64,000 nucleotides of DNA from the NCBI GenBank assembly GCA_963808235.1, contig CAWEEQ010000004.1, positions 1,856,001 through 1,920,000 of the forward strand, written 5' to 3'. The position numbers and the translations under genes were made by a program. Origin of the DNA: an uncultured delta proteobacterium (GTDB taxonomy: Bacteria; Desulfobacterota; Binatia; Binatales; Binataceae). The notes beneath the pieces are model-generated. The model made no database searches. It saw only the letters and a program-made list of their open reading frames with translations, and was not told where the DNA came from. Of the stretch, positions 31,158 to 40,687 are shown piece after piece (within the stretch, counting starts at the first letter, position 1; every line of letters begins with the position of its first letter).

Positions 31158-32720
31158 TCAGTTGCGCCGTTCGTACCAGACGACGATTCCGGCGATCAGC
31201 AGCAGCTCCGGCAGCAGCAGCACGGCAAAAGCGAACACGATTGAGAACTGATCGGTGGTCAGGCGGAAGCGCGACGCGCGAATCGAACGAGGCCGAATCG
31301 AGATCGAGTTTTCCTCGCCGGTGAGCCAGTCAGCGCTGTTGATAAAAAAATCGCGGTTGAAGAGCGTGCCCGAGTACTGATTGTCCGCAAATTCCGTGCT
31401 GCCATATGCGACCATTCGCGCATCGCCCTTGCCAAACCCAAGCTTCGCGAGATCGCCGTCCACCGCCATCACCACCGTGATTGGGCCGCGGGTGTCCTTG
31501 TCCGTGAGTTGCGCCTTCTGCTCCTTGTAGAGCAGGTCGAGATTGACTTCCGCCCAGGAGGTATCGCTGGTCTTCGCAACCGGCGTCACCGTCAAGCCCG
31601 CCTTCAGGTTGGGTTCGGCGGTGAGCGATCGCGACATCGGAAACACGGTGCGCTGTTTGAAGTCCTTGGTGATCGGATGGTCCTCGTAAGTCTGTACCAG
31701 CGGATTCAGCCCCAGCGCTGGACCCTCGAACAGCCGCACCACCTGGTCCACGACGATATCGTTGCCGACCTTGACGCCCCAGTCGCCGGCCAGTTTTATC
31801 AGCGCCGTTTCGTCGATCGAATTGTCCGGCGTCTGCGGACGGAACATCGCGATCACCCGCCCACCGCGTTTCAGATACGCGTTGAGCTGATCGATCTCAT
31901 GCCCGTCGAGCGCCTTGATCGGTCCCGCGATCACCACCAGGTTCACGTCGTCGGGGACCTTCGGCACCTGAGCGAGCAGCAGCTTGTGGATTTCGTAGCC
32001 CTCTCCTTCGAGGTCCTTCTTGATAAGGCCAAAGCCAATCGGGTTTTCGGTTTCGTCCGGATCCGCCTCGCCGTGACCGTCCAGGAAGTCGATCAACTTC
32101 TTGCTCTTCTTGGTCACCCGGATAATCGCGTTGGTCAGCCCTTCCTCGTTAAGCTCGGTGAGATTCGTCCCTTCGCCATTGTCGCCCCCGTATTGCAGAT
32201 GCGTGGTGCCCATCACGGAGACTTTGTAGCGCTCGGCGAGTTCGGGATGTTTGTCCGGATCGACGATCTCATAAGTGACCTTGGGCGAGTAGTACGCGAA
32301 GGTATCGTAAAGCTCTTGCGCCGAGGGATTGGTCCCGCCCTGGAAGAAGCCGTAGATCTTGAGCGGCTGCTTGAGCCCCTTGACCACGTTCACCGACTGG
32401 CTCGACAGGCTGTAGACTTTCTCCGCCGTTAAATCCAGGCGGGCATGATGAATAGACGAGATGTAATTGATCGCGACCAGCAACCCGATATACGCAAGCG
32501 AGTAGATGACGGCGTTGGCGCCGTAGCGCGCCGAGCGTCCGGTCGATATCGACGCGAGCGCCGAGCGGCTCGAAGTGATCCAGAGCACGATCGCGAACAG
32601 GCCACCGACCAGGTTGACCCACACGAACAGGCGAAATCCGCTCGCGATAAAGTAGTCGACCGCGCCGAAGATAAGCAGGACCAGGCCGAGGATTCCGTAA
32701 AGCGCCGCCGATCGCCGCAT
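31158..32720 (-). CDS. GldG family ABC-type auxiliary protein
   Basis: RLDLTAEKVYSLS, VDPD, FLDGHGE, HPITK, N-terminal and C-terminal TM helices. Confidence 0.88.
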   Translation of the reverse strand: MRRSAALYGILGLVLLIFGAVDYFIASGFRLFVWVNLVGGLFAIVLWITSSRSALASISTGRSARYGANAVIYSLAYIGLLVAINYISSIHHARLDLTAEKVYSLSSQSVNVVKGLKQPLKIYGFFQGGTNPSAQELYDTFAYYSPKVTYEIVDPDKHPELAERYKVSVMGTTHLQYGGDNGEGTNLTELNEEGLTNAIIRVTKKSKKLIDFLDGHGEADPDETENPIGFGLIKKDLEGEGYEIHKLLLAQVPKVPDDVNLVVIAGPIKALDGHEIDQLNAYLKRGGRVIAMFRPQTPDNSIDETALIKLAGDWGVKVGNDIVVDQVVRLFEGPALGLNPLVQTYEDHPITKDFKQRTVFPMSRSLTAEPNLKAGLTVTPVAKTSDTSWAEVNLDLLYKEQKAQLTDKDTRGPITVVMAVDGDLAKLGFGKGDARMVAYGSTEFADNQYSGTLFNRDFFINSADWLTGEENSISIRPRSIRASRFRLTTDQFSIVFAFAVLLLPELLLIAGIVVWYERRN

Positions 32721-32736
32721 CCGCCGCCCCTCTATC

Positions 32737-33510
32737 CTAACGCCAGCGCGCCGACTCGACCGATCGTTGGGTCAAGAACAGCGCCACGAAGATCAGGCTG
32801 AGAAAGTAAACGATGTCGCGAGTGTCGATAATCCCGGTCACCATCTGCGCGAAGTGATCGGGCAGCGAAAGATAATTCAGCAAGCCGAGGAATTGGCCCC
32901 CGCCCGCCTGCGCCGGCCATGAGATCACGAACAGGAAGAGCAGCGCTCCGAAGCAGCTTATCGCCGCGATGATCTGATTCTGAGTAAGCGAGCTGGTAAA
33001 CAGTCCGATCGAAACGAACGAAATCGCGAGCAGCGCGAGTCCCAGGTATCCGGAGAACATCACGCCGATTTCGGGATTTCCGAACGCGATCAGGATCAGC
33101 GGGAACATGCCCGCCAGCCCAATCATGATCAGCATGAATGCGGCGGCGGCAATAAATTTGCCCGCGACGATCTCGCCGGTGCGAATCGGCGCCGTCAACA
33201 GCAGCTCGTAAGTGCCGGTGCGCTTCTCCTCGGCGAAACTTCGCATCGTGATCGCCGGCACCAGGATAACCAGCACGATCGCGAGATTGTGCAGCATCGG
33301 CTCGATCACGCGCTCATTGAGATTCAAACGCTGCAGCACTTCCGGATTCTGCATCGCAGAGTACGCGCTGAGCGTGACTTCGAAATAGCGCAGCAGCGCG
33401 AAAAAGAAGAATCCGCCCAGGAGCAGAAACACCGTCATCACGACGTACGCAACCGGCTGCAGGAAGTAGCCTGCGAGCTCCTTGCCTGCGATAGTCAGCG
33501 AATTTTTCAT
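32737..33510 (-). CDS. ABC-2 permease (GldF-like)
   Basis: KELAGYF..PVAY, TMRSFAEEKRTGTYELLLT, SSLTQNQIIAA. Confidence 0.92.
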   Translation of the reverse strand: MKNSLTIAGKELAGYFLQPVAYVVMTVFLLLGGFFFFALLRYFEVTLSAYSAMQNPEVLQRLNLNERVIEPMLHNLAIVLVILVPAITMRSFAEEKRTGTYELLLTAPIRTGEIVAGKFIAAAAFMLIMIGLAGMFPLILIAFGNPEIGVMFSGYLGLALLAISFVSIGLFTSSLTQNQIIAAISCFGALLFLFVISWPAQAGGGQFLGLLNYLSLPDHFAQMVTGIIDTRDIVYFLSLIFVALFLTQRSVESARWR

Positions 33511-33528
33511 CGGTGCAGCTTCGGGCGC

Positions 33529-34296
33529 CTAGTTGCTGTGGCCCGCCCCAACCTCCTCCAGCTTTTCCTCCGCACTCGCGTCGTCATGGCGTTCCTTGGT
33601 GATCGCCGCGAGAAAGATATCTTCCAGCGAAGTCCCGCCCGGGAGCTGCTTCAAGTATTCCTCGAGCACCACGTGGCCGTCGGCGATTATGACGACCTTG
33701 TCGCAGATCTGGGAAACCTCGGGCAGGATGTGCGTCGAGAGCACCACCGTCCGATTCCCCGACAACTGATGAATCAGTCCGCGAATCTCATGGATCTGGC
33801 GCGGATCGAGACCGATGGTCGGCTCGTCGAGCACCAGCACCGGTGGATCGTGAATCAATGCCTGCGCGAGGCCGACGCGCTGCCGGTAGCCCTTGGACAA
33901 CTGTCCGCAGATCCGATGCGACATGTCGGTCAGGCCGCAAACCTCCAGCACATGGTCGAGCGCCGACTGGATCTTCGCGCGCGGCACGTCGCGAAGTCTC
34001 GCGACGAACCGGAGATACGCTTCGACCCGCATATCGAGATAGAGCGGCGGGTTCTCGGGCAGGTATCCGATCTTGCGGCGCGCCTCGAGCGACTGCGAAA
34101 AGATATCGAGGCCGTCGATCAGCACGGTGCCCGCGGTCGCCGGCATGTAGCCGGTGATGATCCGCATCGTGGTGGTTTTTCCAGCGCCGTTGGGGCCCAG
34201 GAACCCCAGGATAGAACCGCTTTCGGCTTTGAACGATACGTCCCTGACCGCGACAAAATCGCCATAGGCTTTGGTTAGGTTTTTAACCTCGATCAT
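33529..34296 (-). CDS. ABC transporter ATP-binding protein (GldA-like)
   Basis: GPNGAGKTT, LSKGYRQR, LDEPT, STH. Confidence 0.95.
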   Translation of the reverse strand: MIEVKNLTKAYGDFVAVRDVSFKAESGSILGFLGPNGAGKTTTMRIITGYMPATAGTVLIDGLDIFSQSLEARRKIGYLPENPPLYLDMRVEAYLRFVARLRDVPRAKIQSALDHVLEVCGLTDMSHRICGQLSKGYRQRVGLAQALIHDPPVLVLDEPTIGLDPRQIHEIRGLIHQLSGNRTVVLSTHILPEVSQICDKVVIIADGHVVLEEYLKQLPGGTSLEDIFLAAITKERHDDASAEEKLEEVGAGHSN

Positions 34297-34466
34297 TCAG
34301 TTGGCCCAGTCACGGCGCACCGAAGAAAGCCGCCGATTCAATCCCAATGACGAAAAGTCATTCCTGGTAATTCAAACAGTCTCGGAGCAACCGACTAATT
34401 AATCACAGCGACTCAAACTGTCAATACGACGATTCGAACTGGCGGATAGTCTCCGATTCACATTCG

Positions 34467-34514
34467 CGATGCTTTTGCATTGAGAACCGTATCGGCTAGT
34501 TTCGGTTTATGGCC
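34467..34514 (+). repeat. 48-bp direct repeat, copy 1 (duplicate of the polA promoter and start)
   Basis: CGATGCTTTTGCATTGAGAACCGTATCGGCTAGTTTCGGTTTATGGCC; 47/48 identical to 35313-35360. Confidence 0.95.
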
Positions 34515-34617
34515 CTTGGCTGAGTCGCATTCGCTCTGAGCAGGCCGGCGCAGAGGCTTGGCAAGGATGTTCTACGGTGCAGCCATAAGCTGAGATGACG
34601 AAAAAAGGAATCCGATC

Positions 34618-35268
34618 GTGACCCAAGACCATCGCTGGTCAGCACTCGACGAGCCGTGGCAGATGGCACTGACACTGGCGTGGGAGGCGTATGTCGGGGG
34701 TAACGTGGGCGTGGGCGCGGCGCTTACCGATCCTCCCGGGCGAGTTGTTGCTGTCGGAAGAAATCGCGTTTCGGACAAAGAAGCCCCGGCAGGAAGGCTT
34801 CGATCGACGTACATCGCCCACGCCGAGCTCGACGTTTTGGGACAATTGACGCCGGGCGATTACAGGGACCACACACTCTGGACGACGCTCGAACCCTGCC
34901 CACTCTGCACCATGGCCATCCTGACGAGCAACGTCGGAAGCGTCACGTTCGCAGCAAAAGATCGTCTCTGGGACGGGATATCTCGGCTAACTGAACTCAA
35001 CGAATTCATCGCAAGCCGCTGGCCTGTTCGGCGTGGACCGCTCGGCGGCCCGGTTTCTGTATTTTCTGAATTGCTTCCCTTGCTTTGGTTTCTGGAGCAC
35101 AAGCCTGATGGAACCGTCGTCGAGAAGTACGAAACGCAACACCCGCGACTTCTGGCGCTCGCCAGGAGTCTAAGCGGCGATGCCCGATTCGCCGACCTGA
35201 AGGCCCACCCTGCAAATGTGGCGCTGAATCAACTCTGGGCTGATCTTGCAGCGATCGAAGACGAGTAA
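34618..35268 (+). CDS. Zn-dependent nucleoside/nucleotide deaminase (TadA/guanine deaminase-like) with a C-terminal extension
   Basis: VGAAL, GRN, HAE, TTLEPCPLC; GTG start after AAGGA; codon use less GC3-rich than neighbouring genes. Confidence 0.88.
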   Translation: MTQDHRWSALDEPWQMALTLAWEAYVGGNVGVGAALTDPPGRVVAVGRNRVSDKEAPAGRLRSTYIAHAELDVLGQLTPGDYRDHTLWTTLEPCPLCTMAILTSNVGSVTFAAKDRLWDGISRLTELNEFIASRWPVRRGPLGGPVSVFSELLPLLWFLEHKPDGTVVEKYETQHPRLLALARSLSGDARFADLKAHPANVALNQLWADLAAIEDE

Positions 35269-35312
35269 TCGTCAGACGCATTTGGCTATGCGCCAAAGAG
35301 ATTCTTCTTCCT

Positions 35313-35360
35313 CGATGCTTTTGCTTTGAGAACCGTATCGGCTAGTTTCGGTTTATGGCC
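35313..35360 (+). repeat. 48-bp direct repeat, copy 2; contains TTGCTT-N16-TAGTTT-N6-ATG of polA
   Basis: CGATGCTTTTGCTTTGAGAACCGTATCGGCTAGTTTCGGTTTATGGCC. Confidence 0.95.
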
Positions 35361-37949
35361 GGTGAACGCAGGCAACTGATTCTCGTCGATGGTTCCGGGT
35401 ACGTCTTTCGCGCGTTTCACGCGTTGCCGCAGATGAACACTTCGCGGGGACTGCCGACCAACGCCACCTATGGATTCATCCGGATGCTACTGAAGCTGCT
35501 GAAGGACGCGCGGCCTACCCATATCGCGATTGTGTTCGACTCGCCGAAGAGAACTTTCCGCGACGACCTGTTCGAGGATTACAAAAAGAACCGCGTCGAG
35601 ACGCCGAACGATCTGCTGACGCAAATTCCGTATATCCATCGCGCCGTCGAAGTGTTTCGTATCAAGAGCATCGTGCATGAGGGCGTCGAAGCCGACGACG
35701 TGATCGGCACGCTCGCGAGGCGCGCGGCGCAGGAGCACTTCACCGTTACGATTGTCACCTCGGACAAGGACTTCATGCAGCTCGTGGGTCCTCACGTGAC
35801 GCTGTGGGAAACGATGAACGATCGGCGGACTGGAGTCCGCGAGGTCAGAGAGCGCTTCGGTGTCGAGCCGCCGGCGCTGGTCGATATTCAGGCGCTCACT
35901 GGCGATACGATCGACAACGTAAAAGGAGTCCCGGGAGTCGGCGAGAAAACGGCGTCTGCGTTGGTCCAGAAGTTCGGCAGCGTCAAGGGGATTTACGAAA
36001 ACCTGGAGCGAATCGAGGAGACGGGAATTCGCGGCGCGAAAAGAGTTGCGGCGCTTCTGCAAGAGCATCGCGCGGGCGTGGACCTCGCGCGCAAACTGGT
36101 TCGCATCGATACCGACGTGGCGCTCAGCGTCGCACCCCACGAATTCGCATGGGTGGGCGTCGACGAGAAGGCCGCCGCGGAATTGCTACGCGAGCTGGAA
36201 TTTCACTCGATCATCCGCGAAATCTCGCCTTCGCAGGTCGAGCTCCCGGGCCTCGAATCGGCCCGCGCGCCAGCCGCCGCGGTGGCGGGGGAAAGTCTGA
36301 TCGACGCACTCAAGCAGCTTAAAGGAGCGCCGCGAATCGCACTCGATCTCAGCAAGACGGCCGACGGAGTCGAGCAGCTGCAATTGGCCGGTGCGGAAGA
36401 GTCATTCGTCGTCGATGCGGAAAGTATAGCGAGCACGAAGGCTTTGCTCGAATCGGCCGAGCCGCCCAAATCATGCCACGATTTGAAAACTCATCTTGGC
36501 GCGTTCACTCGGCATGGAATCACTCTCAGGGGCGTGGATTTCGACACGATGCTGGCCGGCTTCCTGGTCAACTCGGGACAGGACGAGCCGACTTTGATCG
36601 ACTTGTACCACGAGTACCTGGCCCCGCTCGGCCGCGACGTTCCGCCCGGCTCGAACGCGCAATTGGTGACCCGCCTGCACGAGGCGTTGAGCGCGCGGCT
36701 TCAGGCCGACGGTCTTCGCCCGTTGTTCGATGACATCGAGATGCCGGTGGCGTCGATCTTGGCGGAGATGGAGGCCATCGGGATCAATATCGACGGCGAG
36801 GCGCTGAAGACCATCTCGAAGGAATTCGCCGAACAGATGAGCGGGCTCGAACGCGAATGCTACCAGCTCGCGGGCCGCGAATTCAATCTGAATTCGCCCA
36901 ATCAACTGCGCGAGGTGCTGTTCAACGACCTCAAGCTTACGTCGAAGGGCCTCAAGAAAACCAAGAGCGGATTCTCGACCGATGCCGACACGCTCGAAAA
37001 GCTCGCAGCGGTGCATCCGCTGCCGCGCAAGCTTATCGAGTACCGCACGATTTCCAAGCTCAAGTCGACGTACGCCGACTCGTTGTCTGAGGTGATTCAT
37101 TCGGGGACCGGCCGAATCCACACTACCTGGAACCAGGCCCAGGTTCCGACCGGGCGGGTCAGCTCCCACGATCCGAACCTGCAAAATATCCCGACCCGCA
37201 GCGAAGAGGGCCGCCGGATCCGGCGCGCGTTCATCCCCGCGGAGGGGAGCTTGTTCGTGTCGGCGGATTATTCGCAGATCGATCTTCGCGTGCTGGCTCA
37301 CCTGTCGGGCGACCAGACGCTCGTCGATGCGTTCAACCGCGGCGAGGATATCCACGTCCGGACCGCGACCGAGGTGCTCGGGATCACGGCTGACAAAGTC
37401 GACGCGGCCGGGCGGCGGCTCGCCAAGGTGATCAACTTCGGAATCATCTACGGGATGGGGCCGCAGCGACTGGCCGGGGAGCTCGGGATTGCGCTGACGG
37501 AGGCGTCGGACTACATCAAGCGCTACTTCCAACGTCTGCCCGGAGTGCGGGCCTGGCTGGACGAGACGGTCCGCAACGCGCGCGAGACCGGTTACGTAAC
37601 GACAATGTACGGGCGGCGCAGGTATCTGCCCGAACTTAACGCCCCACCCGGAGGAGCGCGGGCGCAGGCAGAGCGAATCGCCATCAACACCCCCATCCAG
37701 GGCACGGCGGCGGACCTGATAAAGCTCGCCATGATACGGCTTGACCGGGTGCTCCGCGGTCGAAAGCTCGAGGTGCGGATGATTTTGCAGGTACATGACG
37801 AACTTCTGCTGGAAGCGCGAAAAGACCAATGGAAAGAGGCCGGCGAATTTGCGAAACGCGAGATGGAGGGCGTCGCCGAGCTGAAGATTCCGCTCAAGGT
37901 GGAGCTGAAATCGGGGCCAAACTGGGCTGAGATGAGCCCCGCGGCATGA
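35355..37949 (+). CDS. polA: DNA polymerase I
   Basis: LVDGSGYVFRAFHA, EADDVIGT, GVPGVGEKTA, DPNLQNIP, ADYSQIDLR, AKVINFGIIYG, QVHDELL. Confidence 0.97.
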   Translation: MAGERRQLILVDGSGYVFRAFHALPQMNTSRGLPTNATYGFIRMLLKLLKDARPTHIAIVFDSPKRTFRDDLFEDYKKNRVETPNDLLTQIPYIHRAVEVFRIKSIVHEGVEADDVIGTLARRAAQEHFTVTIVTSDKDFMQLVGPHVTLWETMNDRRTGVREVRERFGVEPPALVDIQALTGDTIDNVKGVPGVGEKTASALVQKFGSVKGIYENLERIEETGIRGAKRVAALLQEHRAGVDLARKLVRIDTDVALSVAPHEFAWVGVDEKAAAELLRELEFHSIIREISPSQVELPGLESARAPAAAVAGESLIDALKQLKGAPRIALDLSKTADGVEQLQLAGAEESFVVDAESIASTKALLESAEPPKSCHDLKTHLGAFTRHGITLRGVDFDTMLAGFLVNSGQDEPTLIDLYHEYLAPLGRDVPPGSNAQLVTRLHEALSARLQADGLRPLFDDIEMPVASILAEMEAIGINIDGEALKTISKEFAEQMSGLERECYQLAGREFNLNSPNQLREVLFNDLKLTSKGLKKTKSGFSTDADTLEKLAAVHPLPRKLIEYRTISKLKSTYADSLSEVIHSGTGRIHTTWNQAQVPTGRVSSHDPNLQNIPTRSEEGRRIRRAFIPAEGSLFVSADYSQIDLRVLAHLSGDQTLVDAFNRGEDIHVRTATEVLGITADKVDAAGRRLAKVINFGIIYGMGPQRLAGELGIALTEASDYIKRYFQRLPGVRAWLDETVRNARETGYVTTMYGRRRYLPELNAPPGGARAQAERIAINTPIQGTAADLIKLAMIRLDRVLRGRKLEVRMILQVHDELLLEARKDQWKEAGEFAKREMEGVAELKIPLKVELKSGPNWAEMSPAA

Positions 37950-37992
37950 ATATTTCGCTGAATTTAGTCGGCTCGAGTACCGTCTATTCAAG

Positions 37993-38571
37993 TTGAGAAC
38001 GCCAGGCCGTCAGGACGGCGATGAAGCCGAACTAATCGAGCGGTCGCGCAAGGGCGATGCCGAGGCGTTCGGCGTTCTGGTCGAACGTTACCAGCGCCGG
38101 GTAATCGGAGTAGCACTTGCGGTCGTACACAACCAGGATGACGCCGTCGAGCTCGCACAAGAGACCTTCATTCGGGCGTACGAGAACCTCGGCAAGTTCG
38201 AATCGCGTTCCAGCTTTTCGACGTGGCTCTACCGAATCGCAGCAAACCTCGCGATCGATTTCTGGCGTCGCGAAGGCCGCCACGTGGTCTTGCACGGAGA
38301 AGATGCCGAGAGCGAAATCAGTAGATTGCCAACCACGCATGGAGACTCATTCAAGGAAGTCAGCCGCAGTCAACTCTCCGAGCGACTGAAGAAAGCGCTG
38401 GAGGAGTTGACGCCGGAACATCGCGCAGTGATACTTTTACGCGAAGTCGAAGGAATGTCTTACGACGAGATTAGTGAAGTTCTACAGTGTCCAAGAGGCA
38501 CGGTAATGAGCAGGTTGCACTATGCTCGCACCCACCTGCGGACCATCTTGAAGGACCTGGCCGGGAGTTGA
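37993..38571 (+). CDS. ECF sigma-70 factor (RpoE-like)
   Basis: AFGVLVERYQ, QETFIRAY, FSTWLYRIAAN, SYDEISEVL..PRGTVMSRLHYAR. Confidence 0.93.
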   Translation: MRTPGRQDGDEAELIERSRKGDAEAFGVLVERYQRRVIGVALAVVHNQDDAVELAQETFIRAYENLGKFESRSSFSTWLYRIAANLAIDFWRREGRHVVLHGEDAESEISRLPTTHGDSFKEVSRSQLSERLKKALEELTPEHRAVILLREVEGMSYDEISEVLQCPRGTVMSRLHYARTHLRTILKDLAGS

Positions 38572-38578
38572 TCGGGAT

Positions 38579-39130
38579 ATGGCTGAATGTAGTGAAATAG
38601 GCCTGATGCTCGGCGCGTTCGAGGACTCCGAACTCGAGCCGAACGAGATGCAGGAGGTCGCGTTCCATTTGGCGCGATGCGAGTCCTGCGCCGGCATCCT
38701 CTCCGACTACTCGACGGTCGGGCGAGAACTGAGATCGCTTGCCACGGTGCCCGCGGTGCCCGGCTTCGCGAATGCCGTACTCGCGCGTATCGATCGACTG
38801 CCGCAGCCATGGTTCAAGCGAATCGAGCGGTACTTCGGCCGCGGTACGGATTTCATCGGCTCAGGATTCGCGTGGGGCGGCGCGATCGCAGCAGTCGCCT
38901 TGCTGACCGCGATCATCCTCACTCCGTATGCAGAGCAGCTAGGTAATCGAGCCCCCGCAACCACTTTGGTCTCAACGCAGGTAGCAAGTGCGACACCGGA
39001 CGAGCCTGCGATGGCCGACAGCGATTCGCACGCGGACATCTCGCGACTCGAGTCCGGCAATTCCGCGGTGGCAGTATGGAGTGAGCCGCGCAAGGACACG
39101 ACGGTCATTTGGCTACCTGATCAGCCCTAG
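38579..39130 (+). CDS. Zinc-finger (HxxxCxxC) anti-sigma factor
   Basis: C...D.EL...HLARCESC followed by a single TM helix; directly downstream of the sigma gene. Confidence 0.85.
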   Translation: MAECSEIGLMLGAFEDSELEPNEMQEVAFHLARCESCAGILSDYSTVGRELRSLATVPAVPGFANAVLARIDRLPQPWFKRIERYFGRGTDFIGSGFAWGGAIAAVALLTAIILTPYAEQLGNRAPATTLVSTQVASATPDEPAMADSDSHADISRLESGNSAVAVWSEPRKDTTVIWLPDQP

Positions 39131-39136
39131 GTCGTC

Positions 39137-39658
39137 ATGACGCTACGCCCCGGTAGTCTCACCTTCCTAATCATCGCGATCACCGCTCTTGGAACGCCGG
39201 GCTTGTCCTGCGCTCAGACGGCTCCGCGGCAGGTCACCGTTTATATCGACACCGTACTCGCCGCCGACACTCACGAGGGCGTGGACAAGCGGCTGGTTCC
39301 GATGATGCCGAAACTCAACGGGCTGTTCAGTTTCTCGACTTATAGCCTGGTCAACCATCAGGAAGGCGAGACCGAGTGCGGCAAGATGATCGCGTTCACG
39401 ATTCCCGGCGGCAAGATTCTGCACGTTCAGCCGCGCGCCGTTGACGGCGACATGATCGCGATGGAGATCGTGCTGTTCGACGGAACCCGGCCGATGATGA
39501 CCACCGACCTGAAGCTCAAGAATGGGGGAACGTTGATCGTCGGCGGCCCGCGCTACGAGCAGGGGATGATGTTCATGTCGATCGGCGCGAGCACCGGGCC
39601 GCATCAAGTGGGTCCTGCGGAATCCAACACCACTCCCGCCGAAGCTAACACCCGGTAG
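39137..39658 (+). CDS. Exported hypothetical protein in the sigma/anti-sigma operon
   Basis: Signal peptide, 6-nt gap from the anti-sigma gene, beta-rich body ending TLIVGGP. Confidence 0.7.
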   Translation: MTLRPGSLTFLIIAITALGTPGLSCAQTAPRQVTVYIDTVLAADTHEGVDKRLVPMMPKLNGLFSFSTYSLVNHQEGETECGKMIAFTIPGGKILHVQPRAVDGDMIAMEIVLFDGTRPMMTTDLKLKNGGTLIVGGPRYEQGMMFMSIGASTGPHQVGPAESNTTPAEANTR

Positions 39659-39826
39659 GCTTGATTGGCGTCAGAGATCGCGCTCTGGGGTGGTCCAAGG
39701 CACTCTGACTGCGTCACTTTCCTGCTTTTGATTTTCTCGTAAAACGAGCAATTTATACCACCTGTTGGGAGTGTCTCAGTTTCATCCCTGGAATCCGGTC
39801 GAGATGACAGACAGCTGGCATCAGCG

Positions 39827-40687
39827 ATGAAGCTGATCCTCAGCCGCAAGGGATTCGACGCCACCCACGGCGGATGCCCGAGTCCGATTCTCGACGACAA
39901 CTTGCTTTGCTCGCTTCCGATTCCGGACGATCGATCGCCGACTGCTTATCGGGATATTTCATTCAACGGGTCAGGCGTTGCGGCGATAGTGGAGAGCCTC
40001 ACGCGCGGACGGATCGATGGCAGCGATGGCGCGCATCTCGATCCCGACTTGCGACGCGATGCGATTCGGCGGGCCAAGGATGGCTGCCGATCTTCGGCCA
40101 GGCGGGCGCCGCGCAGACGCATCTCGCACGGAATCGAGTGGGACCGGGCGACCTGTTTCTCTTCTTCGGATCGTTCCGCCGTGCGGAGAGAGACGGCGGA
40201 GCGCTTCGATTCGTTCGCGGAGCTCAGAACCTTCACGTGATTTTCGGATGGCTTCAGGTGGGAGAAGTGCGGGCAGTCGCCGATTCTCTCGCGAAAGAAA
40301 TGCCATGGACCCGGCGGCATCCACATCTGAGCGCGCCCGAACGTTTCAAGAACAACACGCTCTATCTCGCTAGCGAACGGTTGTCCTCGTGTAAGCTCGA
40401 TGCGTGCGGCGCCGGAATCTTCGAGCAGCTCCGGCCGGAGTTGACGCTCACCGCGACCGATCCGTACACCGGATGCTCGACGTGGAGGCTGCCACGATGG
40501 ATTCATCCCGGCGCGCAGCCCGCTCTCTTACCACGCCAAACTATCTCGATGGACTGCCTGCGAGACATCGGTTCGGCTGAAATCGGCATATCCGGGTCAG
40601 GAATTCGTGCTCGACCTCGATGAGTATCCGGAGGCATACGATTGGCTGCTGGGAATTTTCGCGCGGTCGGAAGCTGCGTGCGATTGA
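39827..40687 (+). CDS. Nucleotide modification associated domain 3 (Nmad3) protein, two compensating frameshifts (about 40077 and 40513)
   Basis: MKLILSRKGFD...GGCPSPI...SLPIP, HLDPDL | FGQAGAAQTHL..VGPGDLFLFFG.F, LHVIFGWLQVG, HPH, NNTLY | LSYH, GQEFV; the total of 861 nt stays a multiple of 3. Confidence 0.8.

Noticed and set aside
29736-34296. Gld-type genes as a gliding-motility or novel secretion system
   Set aside because: The GldA/F/G plus DUF4340 ABC operon is widespread outside Bacteroidota, and no other gliding or T9SS genes are present here.
34467-35360. 48-bp repeat pair as a CRISPR array, IS target duplication or integron attC
   Set aside because: There are only two copies 846 bp apart, no cas genes, no terminal inverted repeats or transposase, and no attC core sites were seen. 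It is too long for an IS target duplication.
36471-37991. 506-aa ORF antisense to polA, and similar long antisense ORFs over the DegT, trpE and ABC genes
   Set aside because: These mirror well-conserved genes and have no recognisable domains.
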